NCBI GenBank assembly: GCA_963693055.1
Contig: OY843751.1
Coordinates: 5,184,001-5,248,000, forward strand
From: a bacterium
GTDB lineage: Bacteria; Zhuqueibacterota; Zhuqueibacteria; Residuimicrobiales; Krinioviventaceae
DNA: 64,000 bases
Direction: 5' to 3'
The notes under the pieces were generated by a model. It saw nothing but the letters and a program-made list of their open reading frames with translations, did not search any database and had not been told where the DNA came from. The position numbers and the translations under genes were made by a program. Each line of letters opens with the position of its first letter. Within the stretch, counting starts at the first letter, position 1. Of this stretch, positions 37,701 through 45,887 are shown piece after piece.

Positions 37701-38917
37701 CCGGCATCACCTCCAACGCCATTACGAGCACCAACAACCAATTGCGTACCGGCAAGGGCAGTCGCAAAGCCAAACATATCTCCACCAGCTTCCTGGCTGG
37801 TTTCAGGAGTTAACATTTGATCGTATGCCCAATTTGTACCATCAAAAGTATATGTAAAGGCAGCACCATGTGTTCCATAACCATAGTCACCACCCAGAAT
37901 CAACTCACCATCAGTAACAACTGATTTACCCCACCAGGTGTTTTCATCCAGACTGGCAGGAGTTAATGGAGAATCACCATTTTGAGACCAGCTTTCACTC
38001 GCATAATTAAAAACATAAACGGATCCGTCAGTGGTTTGATCAGCCGGACAACCAACAACGGCAGTTGTTCCGGATAAAGAAACAGAACTGCCAAAGCCCA
38101 TAAAATTTGTGGAGACAGTACTGTTTTCAGGATATTTGTAAACCTGACTCCAGGTTTCACTAGCAAGAGTGAAAAAATAAGCTGCACCCGCATCTGTAAC
38201 CAGTGGATCAACAATGTCTTTACCTTTGGCACCTACAACCAGGTGATTACCATCCAAAGAAACAGCATGTCCAAACTGATCTCCTGCAGCCGCATCACTG
38301 GCTGTAATCGTTTGAACATGTGACCATGTTGACTCGTTCTTTTTGAAAATATAAACAACACCGGCATCTGCTAACGCTTCCTGATCATGCAATGAAGCGC
38401 CAACAGCAATATAATCGCCACTAATATCTACAGATATACCATACACATCTCCAACGGCCCGGTCATCAACAGTGGGAATCAACAACTGTGTTTGCTGCCA
38501 TACTGCACCGGTATAATCAAATACATAAACATTACCGGCATAACTATCCGAGGGATCGCTCTCAACATCTCCCGGTGCTGCAATAACCAGCGTTGTACCT
38601 TCAATGGCTACAGAGCTACCAAAATATTCACCAGCAGCAGGCTTGTCCGGAGTAACAACTGTCTGTTGATACCACTGTAATCCATCTATTGAATAAACAT
38701 AAGCGGCACCACTATTCAGTAATTCATCAGTACTGCCATCGTAACCAGGTGCGCCAACAATCATAACGGATTGAGTTGCATCAACATCAAATCCAAACAG
38801 ATCTGCAGCCGCGCCATCAGATGCCACAATACGGTCCTCATTGTACACAACACCCCAAACCAGTGCAGGTACCAAGAACAGCAGTAACATTATTTTATAT
38901 ATTGAATTCATTTTCAT
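28790..38917 (-). CDS. Giant secreted multidomain surface protein (FG-GAP propeller, PKDs, YCF48-like propeller, Reg_prop propeller, 4x CarboxypepD_reg/PKD/YfaP-like repeats, vWA, cohesin-dockerin-cohesin, FlgD/T9SS-A-type C-terminus)
   Basis: FG..V....IVGAPG repeats; KTTDGG..W repeats; WDFDNDG...QNP; VVLTWG..PSDLDLH...GPETI; VFVVDISTNM; LSQNYPNPFNNRT.. tail. AAGGAG RBS before ATG 38917. Confidence 0.85.
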   Translation of the reverse strand: MKMNSIYKIMLLLFLVPALVWGVVYNEDRIVASDGAAADLFGFDVDATQSVMIVGAPGYDGSTDELLNSGAAYVYSIDGLQWYQQTVVTPDKPAAGEYFGSSVAIEGTTLVIAAPGDVESDPSDSYAGNVYVFDYTGAVWQQTQLLIPTVDDRAVGDVYGISVDISGDYIAVGASLHDQEALADAGVVYIFKKNESTWSHVQTITASDAAAGDQFGHAVSLDGNHLVVGAKGKDIVDPLVTDAGAAYFFTLASETWSQVYKYPENSTVSTNFMGFGSSVSLSGTTAVVGCPADQTTDGSVYVFNYASESWSQNGDSPLTPASLDENTWWGKSVVTDGELILGGDYGYGTHGAAFTYTFDGTNWAYDQMLTPETSQEAGGDMFGFATALAGTQLVVGARNGVGGDAGTVNTAGAVYVNSQVPLNAAFMGVPTTGYAAQEIVFTDQSTGDISAWAWNFGDGTTSTEQNPRHYYSAAGMYTVSLTVTQGVETDTEEKVEYITMQETQTFDDWKRVRLGADVEESLYDVQVLNETTAIAVGGWTNGHLLKTTDDGMVWSRTDFNDRLSDVYFIDDNTGYIVGNNGFIAKTTNGGETWSSSNHASGYFHDDVWFTDANTGYITGFNYLGSNSGGWILKTTDGGENWNEIAIAKETFPVTAVEFIDANVGYVVGGNTVNSNSGFVYKTTDAGANWTKILDTSQKLWDVHFVNANTGFAVGRAGMLVKTTDAGENWSEYVWASPPKSFLSVDFLDENHGFIGMEGAEVAITEDGGTTWAITELGSLYHSLYSVDMHNSGDGYMVGQNGIILKYAVEPFLAAFQASPVTGTAPLTVNFTDQSTGDPVSWSWSFGDGSVDDSQNPSHVYEYPGTYTVALTVSDGEEQNTATETNLITVRITQPENYSWTCIPRETMFPGADQPVVNQMAFDPFDSTVVVATSQGVTEYSGIYWRNFQVTNNDNWPQVNAVAVDSSGRRWYGLSSGVRMFSPTDTTFHDPTESGVNDIYVAPDTTIWIATDAGLAHYDWNTWTVYTKENSGLTENQVNRVTKVPDETMMLISTNGGGLNAFDYQENSWETFTSEDGLPYDVVYNVVFGKNGKAWMALYHGGIVEFTDQDNFTVHTPIDDGEAGLYYSSVGVDSSGNIWAASANSGIARYDGVSWTTFDAESAELCSEMPRAKNVLVEPNGNLWFGTQDAGMIRFGAPEAQGVDFYANVTSGYAPLTVQFYGYASGGTPTYWSWDFQNDNDIDVVGENEKNPSFTFTEPGVYTVKLFAPFGANNQQKIRYEYIHVLDDNDNAGDLNGQITDAVNGDGIPGATVRLGEYTTTTDVDGYYSFTDVPVTDLVADFIANPRSGNAPLNVQFSDLSAFGRMLLSVSATGYTDYSTLVNVSSDVTTFNVSMSPTIEEGGMRIVLSWGATPLDLDVHLLTPEIEGDTYEVYYSYKGNSSAAPYALLDLDDTNGYGPETITLYDTFTGTYKCYVYNYSGTPAITASNGVVRIYNDQGILETIYVPNTGEGNYWYVCDVDGATGSVTVVNTLSSSAPDGAVFNAEQAEVKPELPQMARNSGASTNAITSWQWDFDNDGTVDATDQNPSYTFEAGGTYTVKLTVSDGENTDTEIKEHYVTVIGSTGSINGYVTDAVNGNPLESVTVTIAGRTTTTNSEGYYQIDNVPLADISAAFSAYPRSGNAPLSVQFQDLSSSNSERVFFSVDGYYAYNQLVSLDDEGTTLNVSLSPEVGEGQMRVVLTWGSAPSDLDLHMLTPDIGGTPYEIYYSNKGNSDSAPFAQLDIDDTSAYGPETITLYDQFTGTYKVFIHNYSGSPDITTSSGTIQVFGGAGLIETINVPTTGTGLYWYACDIDGETGAVTVVNTIENEEPAGAVLNPLTYAAKEPQPQLSQGVNSGNEVTSWHWDFDNDGVIDDDSQNPTFVYTTPGTYTVKLTVSDGEHTDSEIKQEYITVTGNYGSISGKVIDAVTGDPLENVTVTVAGMTTTTDASGNYVLNNVPLETLSAAFSGYPRTGSAPLEVQFQDLSSVNAQRVYFDFEGYYSYNQLLSIAESGTVLNISLSPEIGEGQMRVVLSWGDAPSDLDLHMKTPAIEGNTYEIYYSSKGSSTSAPYAELDIDDTSAYGPETITLYDQFAGTYKVFIYNYSGSPDIVTSGASLQVFGDTGLKETINVPTSGEGHYWYVCDIDGATGNVTVVNTIGSSAPEGALFTPQTYAVKAPQPQYSQGAVMNTESTSWKWDFDNDGVVDDISQNPTHIYATPGTYTVKLTISNGENEDVEIKENYVTVSGSYATVSGKVTDAVNGDPIAGATIVIAGQTTTTDENGNYELTNVLVGTLSADFTGSPRSGTNPLTVQFEDKSSTGAQLLSVSAEGYYGYEQLTSVEGSGVTVNVALSPEIGEGQMRVVLTWGDTPSDLDIHMLTPTIEGNKYEVYYSSKGSSTNAPFVELDIDDTSAYGPETITMYNRYTGTYKVYVHNYSGSPEITQSNGTVQVFGDTGLLETIHVPTIGEGDYWNVCNIDGVTGQVIVINTLTEIEPEGALFGSNPQFTDLKPSINYIETASTSGSVTSWKWDFDGDGTIDSEEENPAFTYTEPGSYTVKLTVSDGLTQKTRTRESYINVDENTTTSGYYLLVHGINSEQFPQINTYVSVIDTSSDDARVQVVDGLSIGNFDITENGIDESVTSVNKVSSSHPAKLDMVFVVDISTNMASTVSSLKTYLSALGDSLSTHGIDYRFGLVTYSDAISTVGELTSDSKQFKAWFETLETVSDTQGDGVTNSLLAVYKASRLGFRNYAAKAVMVITNNSHYTTAQISGVEYTDSSLAYMLKEQGIVCHYIGPDSENNSYMLPYVTGGALISYEQDMSNVIDDLKDVLTSLYVVTYTTLNTSTYDGTRSVVVKAVSGDKNGYGTGRYFVGSSRLVTEPTQILGLVGNYVTLNINGESLVNVDSCYISLDYDTTALDFVGHYAGSFLSQDGSSLIQSVTDVNGRITIQLGRNVNAGTAGINGTGTLYALRFQILSTTSSNPVSFSSFNLWDPNSTAIAVQSQNPTLESPYVSGTTNSRLLGDFDNSLAIDTRDFVLLATYWNTTNPTGGDIGPATGSMPFLTATPDNEVSYEDLFVFTQMWNWYHDNYKNTGSSLSKVTNKIGWADVPDQEKERTVKLNITAQEIANLGMGHLQVKYDPLVLRYKSASAGDLLNDNNTAIAFFADDQSKAGVLDISLSRLASAEISPEIAGTGVLATIEFERVDLAAESQVTLNKVDLRNSSNHQFILLSDIETQVAGMKLPTKFELSQNYPNPFNNRTTFQYSLPQDSKVEITIFNVLGQPVRTLVSTKMDAGVHNKVWDGNNDVGNLVSSGVYFVQMKAGTFKQIREIVFLK
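31070..35045 (-). repeat. Four tandem ~1-kb intragenic repeats
   Basis: Units start near 35045, 34045, 33050 and 32050 (G.I.G.VTDAV.G.P...) with high protein and DNA similarity. Boundaries are approximate. Confidence 0.85.
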
Positions 38918-38961
38918 AACAGGCTCCTTCATTGACCGGTAAGATACCAGTTAAAATCTCT

Positions 38962-39801
38962 TTATTGTATAATAATTCTACTTCCCAAACCCAGGGAATT
39001 GACCAAATCTGCCTTGTAATCAAAAACACCCAGATCAGAATCGTCTTCATTATTAACAGATAATCCCAAATCAACCGTATCTGCAGAAATAGCGCGAAAA
39101 ACAATTTTACCAACTTTGCCATCTACACTATTTACATAGCTGGAAGCAGGAAAGATACCAACAACCAGGTCAACGGTACCATTACTATTATCCTGGGTAA
39201 ATTTTAACAAATTTACATTTCCGCCATTCGATTCCAGATACCCCTGTTCTACACTGAGGTCAACAACTTGCAAGCTGTTTTGATTAAAAGAAACTCTGGC
39301 GCCAATTGCGCTCAAAGAATCAGGACTACGTGCCTGCAAAAATACAGAAATACTGTCACCCACCGAGATCACAGAATCCGGAGGTGTTAGAATTATCGCC
39401 GAGATTAAAAAATCCAAAGTTATGGGGATAGAATTTGCCTGACCTTTTTTAACAGTCGTAACGGTTGATCCTTCTAATACTTTAACCGTATCTCTATAAG
39501 CACTAACTGTAAATGTCAGTTGTTTATCTACCGGAACATCAACCGTACCCTTGGCTTTGGTTCCATCCAATACCAGATTGGTTTGAATGGTTTCAATATC
39601 ATTGCCGGTGACCACCATAACGATACTGGAAAGATCTGCAGTAGCAAGCGCCTGGTGCGGCATGTTCACAGAAGCGGCAATGGATACACGGTCTCCCGTC
39701 TGAGGTTCATTCGGAGTCATGAGTCCACAACCCAGAATAAATGTAACAAGTATAAAACCTGTAAACAGAGAAAAATATCTTTTTTTATTTATTACCAACA
39801 T
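38962..39801 (-). CDS. Lipoprotein with C-terminal cohesin-like domain
   Basis: Lipobox FILG-C; VGDSISVFLQ...LSAIGARVSFNQNSLQVV...G.VGKIVFRA cohesin-like pattern. Confidence 0.65.
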   Translation of the reverse strand: MLVINKKRYFSLFTGFILVTFILGCGLMTPNEPQTGDRVSIAASVNMPHQALATADLSSIVMVVTGNDIETIQTNLVLDGTKAKGTVDVPVDKQLTFTVSAYRDTVKVLEGSTVTTVKKGQANSIPITLDFLISAIILTPPDSVISVGDSISVFLQARSPDSLSAIGARVSFNQNSLQVVDLSVEQGYLESNGGNVNLLKFTQDNSNGTVDLVVGIFPASSYVNSVDGKVGKIVFRAISADTVDLGLSVNNEDDSDLGVFDYKADLVNSLGLGSRIIIQ

Positions 39802-39841
39802 GTCTGGCTCCTATGTTTTAATGCGGGAACAAAATCCCTGT

Positions 39842-40651
39842 TTATTCCCAACCAACCTCAACATTGACTGTTGTGGTTTCTTTTTCATCATCTTGCTGGG
39901 TTGCATAATAATAAGCTCCGCCGCCCAATGCTACCAGCCCGGCAAGAACTATATATTTTGTCATAGAAGAGCCGCCTTTAGCAGAGGCAGTTTTGGTAGA
40001 ACTACTACCACCCCGTTTTGCTCGCAATGCAGCAATTTCTTCCTGGGTTAATAATCTAACCTTTTGCATCTTGGATTTAGATATATTACCCTTGGCATCT
40101 GTCACAACAATCTGATAAGAAATAAAAGGATAATTGGTAAGACTTGCAGGAATAGAAACACCATAGGATTTACCGTTTTTCATGACTCGCAGATTTTCTG
40201 ATTCTACATAACCATACAATCCGCCATCTGTCAAAATACGGTAAAAATTTTCTTTAACGCGGGTCACTCTTACAAGTTCGCCACGATACAGTTTACCTTT
40301 CAGTCGGGTCCGTGCAGAGGGACCGGAATAAACTTTTGAATCTTTTAACACACTAACCTGGACCGGGGTTTTTCCACCACGACTCAATTCAGGCATATTT
40401 CCGGTTTTGGTATTTTCACCATAGTGGATGACCAGGCTAACGCGCCTTATTCCTACATCATCGTTTATGTTTGTTACAACATTCAGGGGGCGCCCGCGGT
40501 ATCCGAGACGTACCGGTTGATGGGAAATTATTGTTGAATTACTGCTTTGCTGCGCCTGACCTACATCCAGTGCAATGGGTAATATGATCAGTTGAAACAC
40601 CAGCACAACAATCAGTATAAAATTCAAAGATTTCATGGCTTCTGTTTTCAT
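39842..40651 (-). CDS. Exported protein with SH3b-like domain and C-terminal hydrophobic segment
   Basis: VYSGPS...KGKLYRGELVRV....ENFYRI..DGGLYGYV; signal peptide; YIVLAGLVALGGGAYYY. Confidence 0.6.
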   Translation of the reverse strand: MKTEAMKSLNFILIVVLVFQLIILPIALDVGQAQQSSNSTIISHQPVRLGYRGRPLNVVTNINDDVGIRRVSLVIHYGENTKTGNMPELSRGGKTPVQVSVLKDSKVYSGPSARTRLKGKLYRGELVRVTRVKENFYRILTDGGLYGYVESENLRVMKNGKSYGVSIPASLTNYPFISYQIVVTDAKGNISKSKMQKVRLLTQEEIAALRAKRGGSSSTKTASAKGGSSMTKYIVLAGLVALGGGAYYYATQQDDEKETTTVNVEVGWE

Positions 40652-40870
40652 TTCAGCCCCTTCTTTAAAATTTTAAAATATCCAGTAGTATTCCAGGTAT
40701 TATTAATGGTTGGTTTTTGTTGCGTGCTATTTAATTCTATTTTACAGGGCATAAGTATCCCCAAAACGATTAACTACTATTTCGTTTTGGAAAAACTTAA
40801 TTATTATTAATTAAAATAGCAAGTTAATATTCACAAATCAATAATGAATAGAAATTTATTAACACTTTAT

Positions 40871-43147
40871 CTAAAATTCAGCACTAATTCCAATTGAGGG
40901 TAGAATACCTACACCACCGGTACTTTCAATCGTGCCTTTGTACAAATTAAAGCTTGGAACATCATAAACATCTCTGTTTAGCAGATTTTGTACATCAATA
41001 TAGGTAATTAGCGAAATCTTTTCCATGTACCAGCGTCTATCAATACGTAGATCGATAAAATAATTATCCTGAACACGCAGGGTGTTGAATTTTTCAGGGG
41101 ATCTTGAAAAATCCGGTTCATAAGGCGTATAAGGTCTTCCGGTTGCATATCGAATGCGAGTGCTCAACTCCCAGAACTGACCAAAGACATACCCTCCTCC
41201 AAGATTCATGATCCAACGTTGCTCATAACTGCCTGCCCGTTCAATACCGTCAAGCGCGGTAAACCGGGCATTGTTGTAACTGAGACTAAATGTACCATAC
41301 AAAGGTGAACTTGAAAACTTTTTTTGTACAAACAACTCGGCACCGTGCGCCTTGCCCTTACCACTGCTTACCATTGGGTCAATACCAAATGAAACGTAAC
41401 CTTCACTGGCACCTCCGTATCCCGCGCCAGTATTCGCAAGTACCAGGTATTCCCGGGTTAGACTTGCCGGATAATTGTCATATTGCTTATAATACGCTTC
41501 AATACTAACAATGGTATCGTCTCTTAACAGATGTTCAATACCAAAAATATATTGATTTGCGGTAATATGTTTCAACTTTTTATTCGCTGAATTGGTCATT
41601 AACCAGACATATGAAGGTGCCTGATAAAACTTACCCGCACTCATTTTCACACTCGTTAGATTTGAAAGCGCGTACCGGAAAGAGACTCTGGGAGAAACAG
41701 CATTTTTAGCATCAATCATATTAAAATAATCGTATCGCAAACCTGCGACCACATCCAGAGGTCCCCAATTTTGCGCAACCTGTACCCAACCAGCCCCTTT
41801 ATATGCACTGGTTCTTTCATCAAGTACCAGCGAAACAGGAAAGCCATATTCATCAACCATCGAAGGCAAGTAAATGTCTGAATGCAAACGTACAAATTTC
41901 CCCTGAAGGCCTGTTGTAACCTCGGTACTTTTTGTCAGATTAAAAACTACATTTTCTGTAAGCGAGGTCTCGTGTTCAAGAGACAGATTACGGAACAAAG
42001 GATTTTGCAATGTATCATTCTGAAAGTAATCATAATCTACCAATGACTGTCCCAAAGTCATTTCCGAAAAACCGCCGGCAAATATATGCTTCCAGGTTAT
42101 ACCACCCATGAATTGATTTTGACTGCTGCCCAATATCTGAGAGTTATCGTAACGATTTTCCTCCGTATCATTCAAAAAGTTGGTTTTGTCCAAAGCGGCT
42201 ATACCTAAAACTCTCAACTGATCATTTTTACTCAGATCAAAACTGGTCTTTGATAAAAAATCCCAGTATTCCGGTACAAATCCAAAACCGTTGGCCTTAA
42301 AGATAAAATCAAGATAACTTCTTCTGGCTGAAAACAGGGTTGATCCATTGTTCCCCACTGGGCCTTCAAGATCCAATCCAAATTGAGATGCGGCAATGGT
42401 GCCCTTTCCACCCCAACGGTCGTCTCTGCCATCCCGCAGATCAAGAGTTAAAACAGAAGACAACTTGTCTCCATATCGAGCTCCAAAGCCTCCACTTGAA
42501 AATGCAGTACCCGAAACAAAATCAAGATTAATAAAGCTGATAGGCCCGCCACTGGCACCCTGGGTGCCAAAGTGATTGATATTCGGTATTTCAATACCAT
42601 CCACAACATATAAATTTTCAGAAGGTGCTCCTCCGCGAACAATCAAATCGTTTCGCCCGCCGGTGACCTGCCCTACACCCGGTAAAATGGATATTGCACG
42701 AACAACATCCTCAAAACCTCCGGGTAACCGACGAATTTCTTCATTTGATTGTGTCTGGGTACTTATGGGACGGTCTGTAGAAGATTCAAAATACTCGGGT
42801 CTAACTGTTAACTCGTCAAATTCGATGACGGTTTCTGCCAACTCGAAATTAACAACTGATGGTTTAACAGAGTTTACAGAAATATCGGATTTCACCACCG
42901 TCTTGTACCCGATAACAGAAACCCGAACAACCTGCACACCCACTGGCACATTGGTAATACGATATTCCCCATCGGCATTGGTTGCTGCTCCCAACTGGGT
43001 TCCCACAACCATCACATTGGCAGCAATAAGGGGAGTATTTGTAGTGTGATCAATAACTTTGCCGGTTATTTCTCCTGCCATCTTGTTTTGAGAATAAACT
43101 GACAATGCAAATAACAATAATACCGAAACTAGAATCTTGATTTTCAT
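40871..43147 (-). CDS. TonB-dependent receptor with N-terminal carboxypeptidase-regulatory-like domain
   Basis: GEITGKVID, LIVRGG...ENLYVVDGIEIPNINHF plug, GLRYDYF, terminal Phe. Confidence 0.9.
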   Translation of the reverse strand: MKIKILVSVLLLFALSVYSQNKMAGEITGKVIDHTTNTPLIAANVMVVGTQLGAATNADGEYRITNVPVGVQVVRVSVIGYKTVVKSDISVNSVKPSVVNFELAETVIEFDELTVRPEYFESSTDRPISTQTQSNEEIRRLPGGFEDVVRAISILPGVGQVTGGRNDLIVRGGAPSENLYVVDGIEIPNINHFGTQGASGGPISFINLDFVSGTAFSSGGFGARYGDKLSSVLTLDLRDGRDDRWGGKGTIAASQFGLDLEGPVGNNGSTLFSARRSYLDFIFKANGFGFVPEYWDFLSKTSFDLSKNDQLRVLGIAALDKTNFLNDTEENRYDNSQILGSSQNQFMGGITWKHIFAGGFSEMTLGQSLVDYDYFQNDTLQNPLFRNLSLEHETSLTENVVFNLTKSTEVTTGLQGKFVRLHSDIYLPSMVDEYGFPVSLVLDERTSAYKGAGWVQVAQNWGPLDVVAGLRYDYFNMIDAKNAVSPRVSFRYALSNLTSVKMSAGKFYQAPSYVWLMTNSANKKLKHITANQYIFGIEHLLRDDTIVSIEAYYKQYDNYPASLTREYLVLANTGAGYGGASEGYVSFGIDPMVSSGKGKAHGAELFVQKKFSSSPLYGTFSLSYNNARFTALDGIERAGSYEQRWIMNLGGGYVFGQFWELSTRIRYATGRPYTPYEPDFSRSPEKFNTLRVQDNYFIDLRIDRRWYMEKISLITYIDVQNLLNRDVYDVPSFNLYKGTIESTGGVGILPSIGISAEF

Positions 43148-43234
43148 TTCACCTTTCCACCGTTAATATTTTCTATTTTGATAGAATTAACAGCAAAAAG
43201 TTTCAGCTTATTTCATATTTACACAACAAAGAAT

Positions 43235-44560
43235 CTATAAAAGATCGCTGGCAAGTTCTGCCAGCTCAGAACGTTCTCCTTTTTCAAGAGTCACATGTGC
43301 GTGAATAGACTGGTTTTTCATTCTATCAATAAGATAGCTTAATCCGGTAGAACGAGAGTCCAGATAAGGTGTATCAATCTGGTTTATATCTCCGGCAAAT
43401 ACAATCTTTGTGCCCTCTCCCGCACGGGTAATAATGGTTTTAACCTCATGCGGAGTCAGGTTTTGCGCTTCATCAATAATAAAAAAGATATGATTCAGGC
43501 TTCTACCTCGGATATACGCAAGCGGAGAAATTTCCAATTTACCGTTCTCCTGCATATCCTGAAGCAGGGTATATTTTTTATCCGTTTCTTTGAACTGATT
43601 GCGGATAACGCCAAGGTTATCGTACAAGGGCTGCATATATGGATCAATCTTGGAATCGATATCACCCGGTAAAAACCCGAGATCCTTATTCGACAATGCG
43701 ACAATAGGACGGGCCAGCAGTACCTGGCGGAATTTTTGGCGCTGTTCTAGCGCAGATGCCAGCGCAAGCAGTGTTTTGCCTGTACCCGCTTTACCGGTAA
43801 GTGTAACCAGCGGAACATTATCATTCAATAATGCGTGAAGAGCAAAAGTTTGTTCCGCGTTGCGGGGTTGAATTCCATACGCATTAAGCTTTTCTACATG
43901 CTCCAACATACCCATGTTCATATTAAATGAAGCCAATGCAGATTTACCATTGTTTCGTAAAATAAAATATTCATTGGGATATGCGGAATCAAGATCCGCT
44001 TCAGCAGCAGAAACTTCATAGGGTTCAGCGTATAACCGATCAATCAACTCTGAATCAAAAGGCTCTACCATACGCTTGCCACGGTAAAGCTTGTCAACAT
44101 CTTCAATTTTATCTGAATAATAGTCCTGTGAGTTCAAAGACAAAGATTTTGCCTTTAATCTCAAATTCACATCTTTACTGACCAACACAACAGGACGATT
44201 TTTATGTATTTTCTGTAAATAGATGGCCGCACTGAGAATCCGATGATCAGGTTTGTTTTCAACAAATGCTTCTCTTACATCATTATCATCAGGATAACGG
44301 GCCAATATGGAAATTTTGCCTCGTCCTTCTCCCAGACTGGCGCCATCATTCACCAGTTTTTCAGGAGGGAAACTATCCAATTGGCGCACAAATTCTCTGG
44401 CGTGAAAATGTTTCAATTCAAAACCGCGTTTAAATGCGTCAACCTCTTCTATAACTGTAATGGGTATTACAACATCATTATCATCAAAATGAAAAATACT
44501 TGAAACATCATGCAAAATCACATTTGTATCCAGTACAAATATTTTTTTCACCCGAATCAC
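43235..44560 (-). CDS. PIN-PhoH fusion (PhoH2/YlaK-like) ATPase
   Basis: [11 protein letters not shown] (PIN), GKAGTGKT Walker [23 protein letters not shown]. Confidence 0.9.
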   Translation of the reverse strand: MIRVKKIFVLDTNVILHDVSSIFHFDDNDVVIPITVIEEVDAFKRGFELKHFHAREFVRQLDSFPPEKLVNDGASLGEGRGKISILARYPDDNDVREAFVENKPDHRILSAAIYLQKIHKNRPVVLVSKDVNLRLKAKSLSLNSQDYYSDKIEDVDKLYRGKRMVEPFDSELIDRLYAEPYEVSAAEADLDSAYPNEYFILRNNGKSALASFNMNMGMLEHVEKLNAYGIQPRNAEQTFALHALLNDNVPLVTLTGKAGTGKTLLALASALEQRQKFRQVLLARPIVALSNKDLGFLPGDIDSKIDPYMQPLYDNLGVIRNQFKETDKKYTLLQDMQENGKLEISPLAYIRGRSLNHIFFIIDEAQNLTPHEVKTIITRAGEGTKIVFAGDINQIDTPYLDSRSTGLSYLIDRMKNQSIHAHVTLEKGERSELAELASDLL

Positions 44561-44585
44561 TCCATCATTTGGTTAGCAAATTATA

Positions 44586-45887
44586 TCAAACAACGCTGCC
44601 TTTTAAAACATGAGCGGTTGCATCGGTAATCTTTACATCAACAAACTGACCAACCTTGTATCCATTTTGCGGAATGATCACCAGCTTATTTCCATCATTC
44701 CTGCCCTGAACATCTTGGTCAGACTTTTTGGTTTCTTCACTTTCCACCAAAATCCGTTGAGTTTCGCCCACATGCGCAAGGTTCTTTTTCAAGGAATGTG
44801 CCTTTTGGATCTCATTCAATAACATGATCCGTTCGGTCTTTTTATCTTCCGGAACATCATCATCGTACTTTTTGGCAGCCAGTGTACCCTCACGTTCCGA
44901 ATATTTAAAAATAAAAGCAGAATCATACTCTACTTTTTGCATTACATCTACTGTATCCTGAAATTCATCATCCGTTTCTGTTGGAAAGCCTATGATGATA
45001 TCAGTAGTTAATACTACATTAGGAATAACATTGCGGATGTCTTCTACAAGTTTTAAATACTCTTCTTTTGTATAAGTCCTTCGCATAACATCCAATATCC
45101 GACTGTTACCTGCCTGCAAAGGTAAATGTATATGCTTGCATATTTTATCATTCTCTGCCATAACCTTGATCAAATCCAGAGGAAAATCTTTGGGATGCGG
45201 TGAAGTAAACCGAATTCTCTCAAGACCATCAACCTGAGCAACGATTTGCAAAAGATCAGCAAATTTTTGCTCCTCGTATTGATACGAATTTACATTCTGT
45301 CCCAAAAGCGTTACCTGTTTAAAGCCCTCTTTAACAAGCTGCTCTGTTTCTTTAACCACACTCAAAGGAGAACGGCTCCTCTCGCGTCCACGTGTATAAG
45401 GTACTACGCAAAATGAGCAAAAATTATTGCAACCACGCATAATGGCAATCCATGCGTTAACACCATTCTGACGGATGGGATATATATCCTCATACGTTTC
45501 CGTCTTTGAGAGTTTAACGTCAAAACCCTCATCCGGGTTCTCTTTTGAATCAGATAAAATTTGTCCAATTCTTCTATAACTATCAGGACCAATTACAAAA
45601 TCAATACCCAGATTATTGTTTTCCAGCAGCTTTTCCTTAAAATTTGTAGCCATGCACCCCATAATCCCAATCTTGAGATCAGACTTTATATGCCGCAGGG
45701 CGTGAACGCGACCATAAATTTTACGGTTTGCGTTTTCCCGTACAGAACAGGTGTTCAGCAATACAATTTCCGCTTCTTGCGGGGTTTCGGCCAATGCAAA
45801 GCCATCATCTTTTAAAACTGCCTGCGCAATTTCGGTATCGTACTCGTTCATCTGGCAGCCATAGGTCTCTATATATACACGGGTCAT
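44586..45887 (-). CDS. miaB: tRNA-i6A37 methylthiotransferase MiaB
   Basis: ETYGCQMNEYD, NTCSVRENA, GCNNFCSFCVVPYTRGRERSR, RIRFTSPHP, TRAM domain. Confidence 0.95.
   Translation of the reverse strand: MTRVYIETYGCQMNEYDTEIAQAVLKDDGFALAETPQEAEIVLLNTCSVRENANRKIYGRVHALRHIKSDLKIGIMGCMATNFKEKLLENNNLGIDFVIGPDSYRRIGQILSDSKENPDEGFDVKLSKTETYEDIYPIRQNGVNAWIAIMRGCNNFCSFCVVPYTRGRERSRSPLSVVKETEQLVKEGFKQVTLLGQNVNSYQYEEQKFADLLQIVAQVDGLERIRFTSPHPKDFPLDLIKVMAENDKICKHIHLPLQAGNSRILDVMRRTYTKEEYLKLVEDIRNVIPNVVLTTDIIIGFPTETDDEFQDTVDVMQKVEYDSAFIFKYSEREGTLAAKKYDDDVPEDKKTERIMLLNEIQKAHSLKKNLAHVGETQRILVESEETKKSDQDVQGRNDGNKLVIIPQNGYKVGQFVDVKITDATAHVLKGSVV

Noticed and set aside
40814-40827. aaatagcaagttaa matches part of the SpCas9 sgRNA/tracrRNA scaffold
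   Set aside because: A 14-nt AT-rich chance match in an intergenic region; no cas genes, array or downstream tracr hairpins.
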